Assembly (NCBI GenBank): GCA_973895155.1 | Contig: OZ316891.1 | Coordinates: 12,646,771 to 12,710,770 of the forward strand | Origin: Marsupella aquatica | Lineage: Eukaryota > Plantae > Marchantiophyta | Reading direction: 5' to 3' | Length of the DNA stretch: 64,000 bases | Part shown: piece after piece, positions 1-11,112 of the stretch | Layout of the letters: each line of letters opens with the position of its first letter | Numbering within the stretch: position 1 is the first letter of the stretch | Translations under genes and position numbers: made by a program | The notes under the pieces: model-generated | The model's database searches: none | The model's input: the letters and a program-made list of their open reading frames with translations, nothing else | Told to the model about the DNA's origin: nothing

Positions 1-1075
1 TCTAGATAGAAGTTGAAGAAAATAGAGTTGGACTGTGAGAAAGGACTAATACTGACTTAACTATAGTAGAGAATTTGCATTGAGTTCCGATCTGTGTTTG
101 TACAACTGCCTCTAAACTTCAGAACACAAATAGTAGTAGACATGTAAAAAACACAAACAAAGGAACAAATCTCGAAAGAAAATATATATCAAATGCATAA
201 CCGGGCTAAAGCTGGAGAATCATCAACAGAAGAAAAGGGTCCAAACCAGCACTGGAGACGACCCCAGGAGAAGATTTTAATACACCCTCTTTTGAGAGGA
301 AAGAGTGAAGCGGATGCAAGTAGACATTCAGCAAGGATCTGTCGTGGGCCGACCATGAACACCGTGACACAGCTTGACAGGAACGATTTCCAAATTCTTA
401 CGACGGCATACCTTTCCCCTGGTACACAAAATTCCCTACCAACCATTTTTTGCAGACTGAAAGCAGTTTGACATAGAGAGCTTTTAGAACACTTCTAAAT
501 GTTTAACTTTAGAGAGCAATAAAAGTACCAATGTTGAAGTGAGCAAAAGGCGTGTTAACCAAAGTCATAATTCGCTCAACAACAGAAGTTCACTTGGTGA
601 AATGAAGAAATCCGAAAATTATCCCTTCCACTCACTTCAAATGAATACGTGCGTTGATGCATCCAGCAACATTACATCATTACCTAGGATTCTACCAATG
701 GGCTTTTGGCCAGTCAAGGTGTTCACAGTCCCATGACAAAAGAACAGCTGAGAGACCAATTAATCAGTAGCCTACTCACAAGGGCTGCGTGGGAATGAGG
801 GACTCTAAGAAACGAATGTGGACCCTGATAGATAAACAGATCCAGACCTCGTCCTCAATTGGAGATGGTGGATTGGCAGCCACTGTCGGTCTTTGTTCTC
901 CTTGGGCTAGGCGCCAGTATTACAGAAATCGAAGTGACGTACCCTGGCTACAAGCTTCTGAACTGAAGAAAGCAATCTTGAATGGACTGCAACCGTCACT
1001 CCTCTGAACTGGAAGATGGTCAACTAGTCCATGGGAACAATCCTGGACTTGATGGAAAGCAAGAAAACAGAGGAC

Positions 1076-1830
1076 CAGCTCCCAATGTGGGATCAGCGCA
1101 GTAGCAAGCGCGGAAACAAAATCTGGTCCAGAGATGGACCCGCCACCTTTATCTAAGCATAGAAAAGGCTAAAGAAACTATACATCGGAAAAATCCGGAA
1201 AGCGAAATGACCTATAACAGCACGTACACATTCTACCTTCTCTATTTTTATTTACATGGTATCCTGCTTTGCCCTACTTGGGTCTGCCTCTATCTCATCA
1301 TCGACTCGAGATGAGTCCTGCAATCTTAAGTAAGATGCGGATGTACCGATTTCTCGGGATTCTCCTCCAGCTTTGGACCCATGACTAGGACCTGGAGAAG
1401 TGCCCCTCGATGTTTCCCGGCCACTACGGTCACAATTACCAAGGTCCTCTGGATTTTGTGTACCAGTTCGACCTAAAGTATCTATTTGCAATGGTTCGAA
1501 GCTTAATATTCTGCGTCCTTTCGCTTCAGTTCTGCCTACAGACCCGAAGTCATATCCAGAAGGTCCACTTGGAGCGCACTTGTCCTGCTGTAAAGATTCG
1601 CACAATGCTGTAGAGATCCTCTCTGACTCCAATAACTCACTGTCTGCAAAAGAATTGTTCCTACTGTGTCGCGATATGGCATTTGCCGACTTCTTAAGGC
1701 CCACTTGAACAGAGTAGGTAAAATCGTGTCCTTCGGTGTTATCATAATCCTCGCCTCTAGGGCTGCAGCTACCTCTAGACCAGATTTTATTTCCGCGCTT
1801 GCTACTGCGCTGATCCCACATTGGGGGCTG
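1076..1830. repeat. 58 bp inverted repeat pair: 1076-1133 (downstream of SDP1 stop) and 1773-1830 (SDP1 last coding exon)
   Basis: cagctcccaatgtgggatcagcgcagtagcaagcgcggaaacaaaatctggtccagag is the reverse complement of 1773-1830 with 3 mismatches. Confidence 0.9.
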
Positions 1831-4800
1831 ACTCGACCTGGTGGGCGTACTAGCATATCCACTTCCAGCATCACCACCGTCTCCACTGTCATATGGAGCT
1901 GTTGACATGTGTGTATATTCAGCAGAATCCCCATCAGTCTCATTCCCAGACACAAACTTTTGAGCTGAAGCAGACTTCATCAATGGTCCCCCCACCCTTG
2001 TCCATGACAAATTGCTGGAGTCGAAGTTTTCTGTCCCGCTATCACTGTCGCTGCCATCATGGATGTTGTTCGCTGGTTTAAGCTTATTCACGGAAGGACC
2101 TCCCCAAGGACCCCCGGCCTGCATGTGGTCTGAGATTCCTTCGTCGTCGAAAGAACCCCACGAACCTGAGTGGGCCAGGCAATTCCAAGAAGGAATACGC
2201 TTAGTGGTATTTTGTCGCGCCATTTTTTTGCCTTCCCTCGTAAATTGCTCTGCCTCCTTTTTAGCTTTCCTACGGCGATGGAGCTCAGAGACACACTCAT
2301 CCAGCATCAACTCAATCCCACAATTGGCCTGGATAGCTGATAATTTAGCCCATGTACACCTGCGCCCTTGCATGACTGCCTTTCTTAACTCGGATGGTGT
2401 AGGATTCTGTATGAGCTTGGCAAACTGTGACAAGAACAAAAGCAGGATTAATCAGATGAGGGTACTTAAAATAAACATCAAGAGCAACAGTTTTCCTGAC
2501 TTAAAATACTTGTGAGATGGGTCAAGCTGCACAGAATACCCTGTCATGACCAGGTTTCACAACTTAATTAAACTCGTGGGAGTGCAATCCACTTTGCATA
2601 CCTGGGCAAACGTGGCTGGCATGACTATGGTTATATCCCCCTCCCAGTCCTGTGCAAACAGCTTGGCAAGTCCTCCCAATCGAAAACCCATTTCTAGGGC
2701 TTGACTGCAGCGATGCTTGACTTCCATCTCGGCTATATGAGCCAACTGCGAACGATCCAATGAACAGACGATTTTGAACATTAAAAAACAAAGTGCACTG
2801 AAAAATGTACATTTCAATCTTCAATAACTTAGAGGTTGCTATCTTACAAGGCAGAGAGAAAAGGAAAAATCGAGAAGACGGGAAAAGCCAAAACTACAAA
2901 ATAAAGCAAAGGAACTCCATGCCCGTGTGAGCTGCTTTTCTAGTTAAAGGTGAGCAGATCCTTCGATTACCGAAGCCTAACACACGGTTATTTCCCACAT
3001 GTTTCATGAAGTAATTGCTAACCGATTATTTGGTGCTCTGGACGTTCCCAGCAGCTTAACTCATCAAGGTTGTGGAAGGGTGCCGGCCTTACTCGCGATC
3101 ATAAGTATTAACCTCAAAACCAATCTTTGCAAACACAGGGAAAGTGTAATTTCCCACTCTATTGGACCTGATTTTCTCTCGTATCCATCCGATTCGGATA
3201 CATTTTAATCATCCCTTGTAAGCCATGGGGACGATATTTGAGTACGAGGCTAAAGAATTCAGCAGTCTTCTGTGCATCAGTTGTCAACATTGTGATATCT
3301 ATGAATCCCAATCAATCAGGTTAATTAGGGCGATCATTTCACTGCAAAATTGTTCGAAACCTTCCACCAACACGGTATAAAGTATGAGACAAATGTAGAA
3401 TTACTGGAGAAAAAAGGGGTAGGAGCCTCACCCTGGCAGCGAAATCACCCCCGTAGACTCTAGTGAGCTCCTTAAGCCGAAGCAGCGGTGCAATATGAGG
3501 ATTGGCTTGGCTAACAATAAAATGGTTCACGTTAAAGAGCTCTTTGAGCTGGAGCATGGGGAGATCACTCTCCAAACTACCGTCACGCCACTGCCTTTTC
3601 ATGTTGTTCAGCTCCTCCGGCCTAACGTGCCCTATTATGGGACTGTGATATGGCACCAAACGACCATTACGATCTTTCGCCATTAATTCTTGCGCCTCAA
3701 AAAGGCCTGGGAAAGCGCAGGACGCTGTGACGGCGCTCCAAATGACGACATGGGGAGAGGTCAAGTAGTTCAAGCATCTGGGCGGCTCGTGCTTCCGGGG
3801 TGAACAGACAGAAATTCCTAGGACCCGCCCAGACAGGTCATACGCTTCTTGAAATGTCAAGTCCCCAATCAGCTGCCTCATTTTCCGCTGAAGAGCTCCA
3901 ATCTCATGCACCGCACCTTTGGTGAGCAGACGGTGGGCGGTGGCGATGATGCTGCCCATCGACTCGAAGAAATGCATGGGAGGCATTGGATCGTCGAAGA
4001 AGGTCTGCAACTCAGACCAAGTACGGGTAGCTGTAAATGAGCAGGTTATGGAGCCCACGCTAGCCCCTGCCACAACCCGTGGCAACAGTCTGTGCTCGAT
4101 AAGAGTTCTGACCACTCCTAAATGAAATGCTCCCAGCGCAGCACCCCCACTCAACAGGAGCGCTGTTCGCCCAAACGCATGCCTCGTTTCCTGAATGAAA
4201 GCAATTTTCTCGTCGACCGAAAACTCTTCGGAATCCGTCTCACACACAGCCCTCAATTGATACCTCACTTCGTTAATATATTCCTGAATTACACGCGGTG
4301 TTTGCAGCCTTCCCTTGTGAAGCTCAGGATTACACATATTCCCCAAATTGCGCACAAGATCGGCACGCAAGAAAAAGAGAATGTCTTCAACTCCCCCCTC
4401 CAACCTTCGCAACCGGAGATCGTCCAGTTTCGCTTGCACCAAATCCTCGTCAAACAATTCCTTATCTCTCTTCCGATCGATGGCCTTGTCAAGCATGCTT
4501 GCGGCATGAACCCACTCGTCATACGTCAGTGCAGAGGTCATCAAGTTGGACCAGAACTTTCGACGATAATTTTGCTCTGCTTTGACAGTTTTCATCTTCG
4601 CCCTGCGAACCAACACCATGGCGCCTACTATGGCCGTCAAAATCACGCTAGGATGGCGAGGATTCACCACCCACAGCAGGCTGCGAAGAAAGTTTCCTAA
4701 AACCTTCCGTATCTGTTTCCCACGACGTGCTAGAGCGGTCATCCACACAAGCACCAGCTCATTCATCTCCTTGCAGAACAAAACTCGAATTGCAAGAACG

Positions 4801-4868
4801 CGGCCAACCATGGAGGTCGGCCCAATCCTGACGAGGTCGAGTGCAGCTTCTTCACTACTGGAATCCAT
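1252..4868 (-). CDS. SDP1: Patatin-like triacylglycerol lipase (SUGAR-DEPENDENT1/TGL4 family). 3 coding exons: 4868-3432, 2745-2602, 2424-1252; ~917 aa
   Basis: N-terminus [32 protein letters not shown]; patatin motifs [19 protein letters not shown] (GxSxG) and [11 protein letters not shown]; GT-AG junctions join the three exons in frame. Confidence 0.93.
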
Positions 4869-7800
4869 GATGCGTGTATCTCGCTCTCGCCCCACTCCAC
4901 AGAATTGTCCTCGTTCGCAAATTGTACCTCCGTCTGTGATATTCTGCCACCTCAAAATTCTAATACTTTGAAAGAATACCCTAATGCAGTTTCTTCACTG
5001 CTGGTATCCATGGAAAAAATCTTTCCCCCTCACGAACGACAACCTTCATCATTCTGTGACATTCTGAACGCTTTTCCAAACATGACTGCTGTGCAAGAGA
5101 ACCTTAGACAGTCCAGAGCCGCTTCCGTGGATGGAATCGTTCGTACAATCTCCCAATCACACACACCTCTAAAGCTCTGGGGATTGTGGAGGCAACGCCC
5201 AACAAGACTCAACAAGAAACAGATGAAAATGAAAACCAACCCATCCACTTTACTAAAACAGGGGACCGGCAGCAGAGGCAACTGATGAAAAAACCAACGA
5301 AAACACAAAAAGTGGAAACTGAGCACTCTCAAAATCAAAATTGCTCGACTTCGTCATCATCATCCTTAAAAACGAAACTATCTCTGGACCGACGAAAACG
5401 CCAAACGTGAAAACCATGTGCGACTCTCGATACAAATTGTTCGACTTCCTCAGGATCATCGGATGTATCGCCCTCCTTCACCTTCCTTGTCCGCCGTCTG
5501 ATACGACTCTCTGCGAACGCAAGAGAACTTCCGTGCTGCAAAGGTCTCTCAGTGTCGTAGTGTAGCACTGCAGCCGATCTCTTCACGGAACCCACGAATC
5601 TGAACGAAAGCACAAGCATTCTGTCTTACACTGTCGTTGCGGACTTTCTCAACACCGTCCCGTAACTTTCTCGACACTTCGTCGAAACAAAGTTCCGCAT
5701 CGGAATGCGCAAAACATTCGTCAGGATCAGCCATCCCGAACCTATTCCGTTCCGACGTGGACAGCCATACCCGACCCAAGCCGCCAAGCCCGATGAGGAC
5801 AACTCAGCGGGCCCGAACCCAATCCATTCCGTTCCTACGTGGAAAACTCAGCCTTCCCGAAATCCAGGACATGGTAATTTCTGGGATTGTTTCTTTCTCC
5901 AAGGGTGGCGAAACGTGTCCGAAGGTGAAGATGCTAGTCATTTATTTTAGTTTTCGGAGATTAATTAAAGACTCTAAGATCTCCCTAAATCAAATTCTGG
6001 CTAATGCGATCGGCTGGGCCGAGATCATTCCAATGTGAAATTCTAGTAGTTATATAACAGTCCCAAAAACAAAAAGTGCCATGCAGGGGACAGGATATCA
6101 AGGACCCAATAAAAAAGGAAACAAAAGACAAAAAGCCCAAGGGGGAGTCAAAACACATGCACTGCTAGTAGTTTTACGAATGATATAAAGAATGAAAAAT
6201 ATATAAACATAGGGATTTCCTCGCTTTAGAAAAAAAAATTCTTAAAAGAGAAAAACCTGGCTTGTCAACAGGAAAACCCTTTGTTCACATATATTAAAAT
6301 TGTTAATCTTAGGAAAGAGAAAATAAAGTCACTGGTCTTGTAGTGCGTCCTCTTCAACAAGATTTGTTTAACACGAATGATTAATCATTCTTTTAAAGAG
6401 GAGATAAAACAAATTGAATCACCTAAATTAATAAAATAATGACTGAGTTTTGGGTGACATGGAACATCTCCTCATTGCTCATGGCCTTACAAAATGTCGG
6501 CCCAATTTTTAAAGCCCTTACCACATGTCAATTTTCTAATAAACAACTTTTCTTTCCCACATGAAATTTTGTAATGAACAACTTCTTAGTTTCTAACGAT
6601 TGTGAATCCCTTTCAAGAAAAGTGATAACCCTTTCGTGTACTTCTCACATAACTAATTTGGTTAATGACACATAAGTCACTGAAACCCATTAGAAAATAA
6701 AATTGTGAGGAGTACCAATGTGCCGAGGGATTGGAATCGTTTTCTCTCACACTCTTGGGAAGAGACAGCATCTCACTCACTGTCCGCCATGTGCAATATT
6801 GAAAAGGAAATACAGAGCCTAAGAACAAAAGCTCTAAGACAGGGGAACTTGGGGTGCTTTTTGGCGTTTAGGCACCGATTGGGGTGTGTGTGGCCCTCTG
6901 TGTGGTTTGTTGCTTGCCTAGCTGGTCTTCGCTGCGGTGGCTTCGCTAATAAACACGTATTTTCCCAAAAATAAAATAAAATAATCAATACTAGTGGTGC
7001 CAAAGGAAATTTTAAAAAACCCTATAGTATAAACCCTGTACATTAAACCAAAGACACAACAGAAATCTCATTAGGACCAAATAATCTGAGTAGCCTCCCT
7101 AGCCAAGGTAATACCTGTAAATGGAAATTCCATGAGGAGGAGCCAAAGTTTGAACAGCATTTTTTGGGCCCAGTGCTTGTGAGGTAGGATAGATAGACAT
7201 CATGTCTGAATGGCCACCTACTTCTTGCAATGCTATCTACAACTATTTCTGCTCATCATATAGTCCAGATTAAATCTCAGATGGAATTAAAATAACCAAT
7301 GGGCCCCCATGTGTTGTAAACCCACCCTAAGGGATGGGTGAAAATACATCAGCTTGGAATAAAGCGGCCAGAGGCTAAATAAAATTACAAAAGCCTGGGT
7401 TACATGGATATCGTGCTGGGCTAATGTGTGATCTAGAGTACTCTTGTAGCCTTTTGGAAGCAATCAAAACGAGGTTGAGTTGGTTTCCAGACAAGTTTAT
7501 TAATTCACCCGACAACAATGTACTGTACTAGGTGACAAACCTACCGTAAGCTGATGTGGGGATCTACTGGAGTCAGGGCAGTCATTTGGAACCAGCTGAT
7601 AAAAGAAAAATTATTCAATCATCTGAAATTAATGTTAGGACCATTCCCATGAGCTTTTTCTTTAATTTCAATTTCTTAATTAAGGAAAGACAACATTAGA
7701 CCGATGGCCACCCAGGTGGAGCACTAGCAGGGCAAGAAGAGAACACAAACCTGGGGCCTGGATGCACAGCCACTGATTGCCAACTAAAATCCTTTGGCCT

Positions 7801-8370
7801 AGAGTGAATCAAGGTCAGATACAGTACATGATGAATCTAGTAACTAATCCTAGCAATTGGGCGAGCAACCCCATCGATCCCCATTGTGCAAACACAAGAG
7901 CAGGAATCTCTATTGGTGACAATATGTGCAGGAATCTGTATTGCTGACAATATGTGTGGTACGGTACGGGGTCCTGATTGTCATGTTGCCCAAACATAGC
8001 ACTCCCACAAACCTGTCCCTGTAATTGCACATCAAAATGTGACAATCACATAAGTAGTAAGGATAACACTCACTTATTTAAACAGAATAATAGTGTTTTA
8101 TGATGGAATGGAGTGACATAATAAACCCTATATTGTCACATTTCAATGTGCAATTACTAGGATGCCCCCTGAACTTTAAAACCGGAATGGACTTGATCAT
8201 GTTTGATCAAAAACATGTGGATTTCTGTCAAAGTAAAAATACTATTTGATACCATTAAAGAAGGTTCTTTGAGTCCATCTGGGTTGCTATGGTCCATCAA
8301 TGCGTTTTGTCAGATGTACATACTTTAGGTCCATGGGGGCTTCAATTCCAAGTTATCCATATGAGTTGTC

Positions 8371-8728
8371 TATTGAGCAATGACGACATTCAAAACGGCA
8401 AGCCCATAACCATCCAACAATCAAGTAGTCAACACAGAGAGATATGTGGTTCACCTCCACATGACCGAGGCTACGTTCACGGGAACACACAGGAGCCTTA
8501 CTGCACTCTAGGCCGAGCGACCATACCAAGCATGCACAACACAAGCTCTCTCTATCTCTCAATTGGCTCCGTAACAATGAGCCTGAGTTCCCACTATCCA
8601 AGAAAACATTGCTTGGGTATTGTGTGTGTAGCATGACTAACCTAACCTACTCTGCGACTAAGGTTGGGACTAAGGTTAGCCCTACTGCGGTATAGTTGTG
8701 ACTCTAGACCTATGAGTTAATCCTAACA
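8371..8728 (-). mobile_element. Solo LTR, copia-type (copy 1)
   Basis: Ends TATTG...CTAACA (degenerate TG..CA); perfect 5 bp target-site duplication TTGTC at 8366-8370 and 8729-8733; minus strand carries CCCGTGAACGTAGCC...GGTGAACCAC, similar to a motif common in plant copia LTRs; aligns with 59115-59459. Confidence 0.8.
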
Positions 8729-8985
8729 TTGTCCATTTGCCAACATGACCCTTCTAATTCTTTAAATTGAGACCTACTAAATTGTCATTCTTCTTAGTTG
8801 AAATTCAAACTTTGTTGTTTAATCATATCCCGGTCATTATGTGACATTGTTTTGACTGAGGGTTAAGCACTGTAGTTCGACTTAGCTAGAATTAAACAAT
8901 CCAACAATCAACATCTGGCTAGGTTTTACCATTGGACCTTTCCCTTCACATTAGGTTGGGTCTCTTACTTTGCTCCTACCCAAAC

Positions 8986-9331
8986 ATTAACTTCTAGATC
9001 TAGGGTCTGACTGTAACCATAATTAGGGTTGACCTTAGTTGCAGACAAGGTTAGGTTAACTAGGTTACACACTATATCCAAAGCAGTGTTTGCTGGAATA
9101 AAAGAAACTCAGGCTCATTGTTACAGAACCAGTTGAGATCTAGAGAGATCTTGTATTGCAAAGACTCGGTATGGCCGATGCCCGGGCCGACGGGCCTAGA
9201 GTGCAGTGAAGCTCACATGTGTTCCCTTGGACGTAGCCTCAGCTGAGGTGAACCATGTATTTCTCTATGTTGATTACTTGTGCATTGGATAATCATGGGC
9301 TTGCCATTGTGAATGTTGTCTTTGCTCAACA
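8986..9331 (+). mobile_element. Solo LTR of the same family (copy 2), inverted relative to copy 1, one end eroded
   Basis: Reverse-complement similarity to 8371-8728 along its length (cctagagtgcagt, ggacgtagcctc, gaggtgaacca, atgggcttgcc, ending gctcaaca). Confidence 0.75.
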
Positions 9332-10219
9332 TGAGGCTGCCCACCCCTCCGTCCCCCCTGGTTGAGGGTGGAGGAGAGTATTGAGGTTAGTTGAGGACAA
9401 TGACAATAATTGCCCAATGATGGGAATGGGCAGGGTGTTGACCATTGTATCATTCCAAGCTAGCCAGAGTTACTTTGCTCAACCAACCATGGAAAAGGTG
9501 TCAACTTAGTAATTAAACTAAAATCAGTGGCAGAGTATCTAATTCAACAACAAATGAGTGACAGTGTACTAAATCTCACTTTTTTTGTATGCAAGTGGTT
9601 CCCTTATGCCACCTCCATTGTATATAAATGGCCAGTGAGAACCATATTAAAGCAAAACTCCTTTACATAGCATTGTCATCACCCTCAATACAATACACTA
9701 TGCTATGATCTGTTGCAACTCAATAAGATCTAGGGCTGCCTTTAAGAAACAAGTGTGGCCACCTTTGCCTAGTAAGAGGAGATATTATTGTAAGGATGTT
9801 TTTGTAAATTCCAAACTTTCATGGTAGATGGGCAAATTTTGATAATTCACAGGGTAATTCTGTAATTTCCCTATCATAAAATTATGTTGTTTCACACAAT
9901 AGCAAAATTTAGACTAGGTCACACCAGGTTGAGCAACTGTCTAGTCTATGTATTTCAACTGACCAAGGCTATGTCTTCCCTTGTATATTCAAGAATTTTA
10001 GCCATTATTCTCAACCACCATATCCTCAGAGTTTGAGTGTGTGGGTTCACCAATACTTCACTTCACTTAGTCAATGAGACATTTGAGTTGTGCTTAGAAC
10101 CTAGGGCTACAGTGCATTTGACTAAGTATATGGGATCCCATTCTAAAACACAACACACTCTGTGTTCAAACTTAATCAATAAGATCTGTGACAAGTTGGC
10201 ATGCAAATAATCACTGTAA

Positions 10220-10292
10220 TGTGGCCTGGTTGACCAAGTGCCCAGGGATAACTTATGGCAGGAGGTCTCAAGTTCAATTCCCGGCCAGACAA
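10220..10292 (+). mobile_element. Degenerate tRNA-derived (SINE-like) sequence
   Basis: A-box-like GTGGCCTGGTTG and B-box-like AGTTCAATTCC at tRNA-like spacing; no intact cloverleaf. Confidence 0.4.
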
Positions 10293-11112
10293 TTATGCTC
10301 CAATCTCAGCTTTCGTGTGGCAACCGTTGCTGCTTCTGCATTCAAGGTTGCTTCAATCCATGCTACTCTTTGTCTTTGGTAGGTTTAATATGTCAAGCAC
10401 CACAAGCGCTTGAGTAGTCCAGGAATTCATCTACAAAATACAAAAATATAAAACTGATAGTATCCTGCTAAAAGAAAAAGTTGACATGCAAATAAACTAC
10501 ACACCACTGCTAATTATATCTATATCATACATTAAGAGCATACACAAGACATAAAAACACATATAGCCCAGGTTCCACCACAATAAATAATGGATCATCC
10601 TTTTGTTGTGCTACCATTAAACAACAACTACCCAGATATCAGCCAGGGGGAAGTGTCCAATATTCTCATTTTTCCACACTCCACTCACTTCTTTCCTCTA
10701 ACATGCTAGTCTGATCCACAATTTCAGGAAACTTTTATTGTTTCTAGTGAAGTTTGGTTTCTATAGGTAATTCATAGTTCTTGGAGGGGCAGCTGTGCTT
10801 TAAGTCAAAACAAGTCCACCTGCTAATTGAGCACTCTACCTCCTAGAGATTCTGCTCAACAGAAGCAACTCACACATAAAAGTTACTGGTGATTTTGTGG
10901 TAGCTCACTTGAGTAGAGAGTGACCATGGCGACCAACTTTCCATTTTACAAGTACAGAAAAGAATTACAACTATCGTCACATAGTGGAGATTGCACCAAG
11001 AGAGTGCAACAGTAAGAGGAGGACCCGTTCAGATACCTTCGGACACATGTATTAAAATACAACATTGTACAAACACACCTTTTCAGGCAAATGAAAAGTA
11101 TAGATCAACTTC

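Noticed and set aside
789-1007. Plus-strand ORF with ASELKKAILNG resembling SDP1 [11 protein letters not shown]
   Set aside because: No convincing nucleotide similarity beyond a few codons; treated as chance
5335-6038. Several ORFs upstream of SDP1
   Set aside because: No protein motifs; region looks like SDP1 leader/promoter, and uORF status cannot be judged without a TSS
8361-9341. Single Mutator/foldback element with 350 bp TIRs
   Set aside because: Left arm has its own perfect 5 bp TSD and a standalone copy exists at 59115, so these are separate solo LTRs
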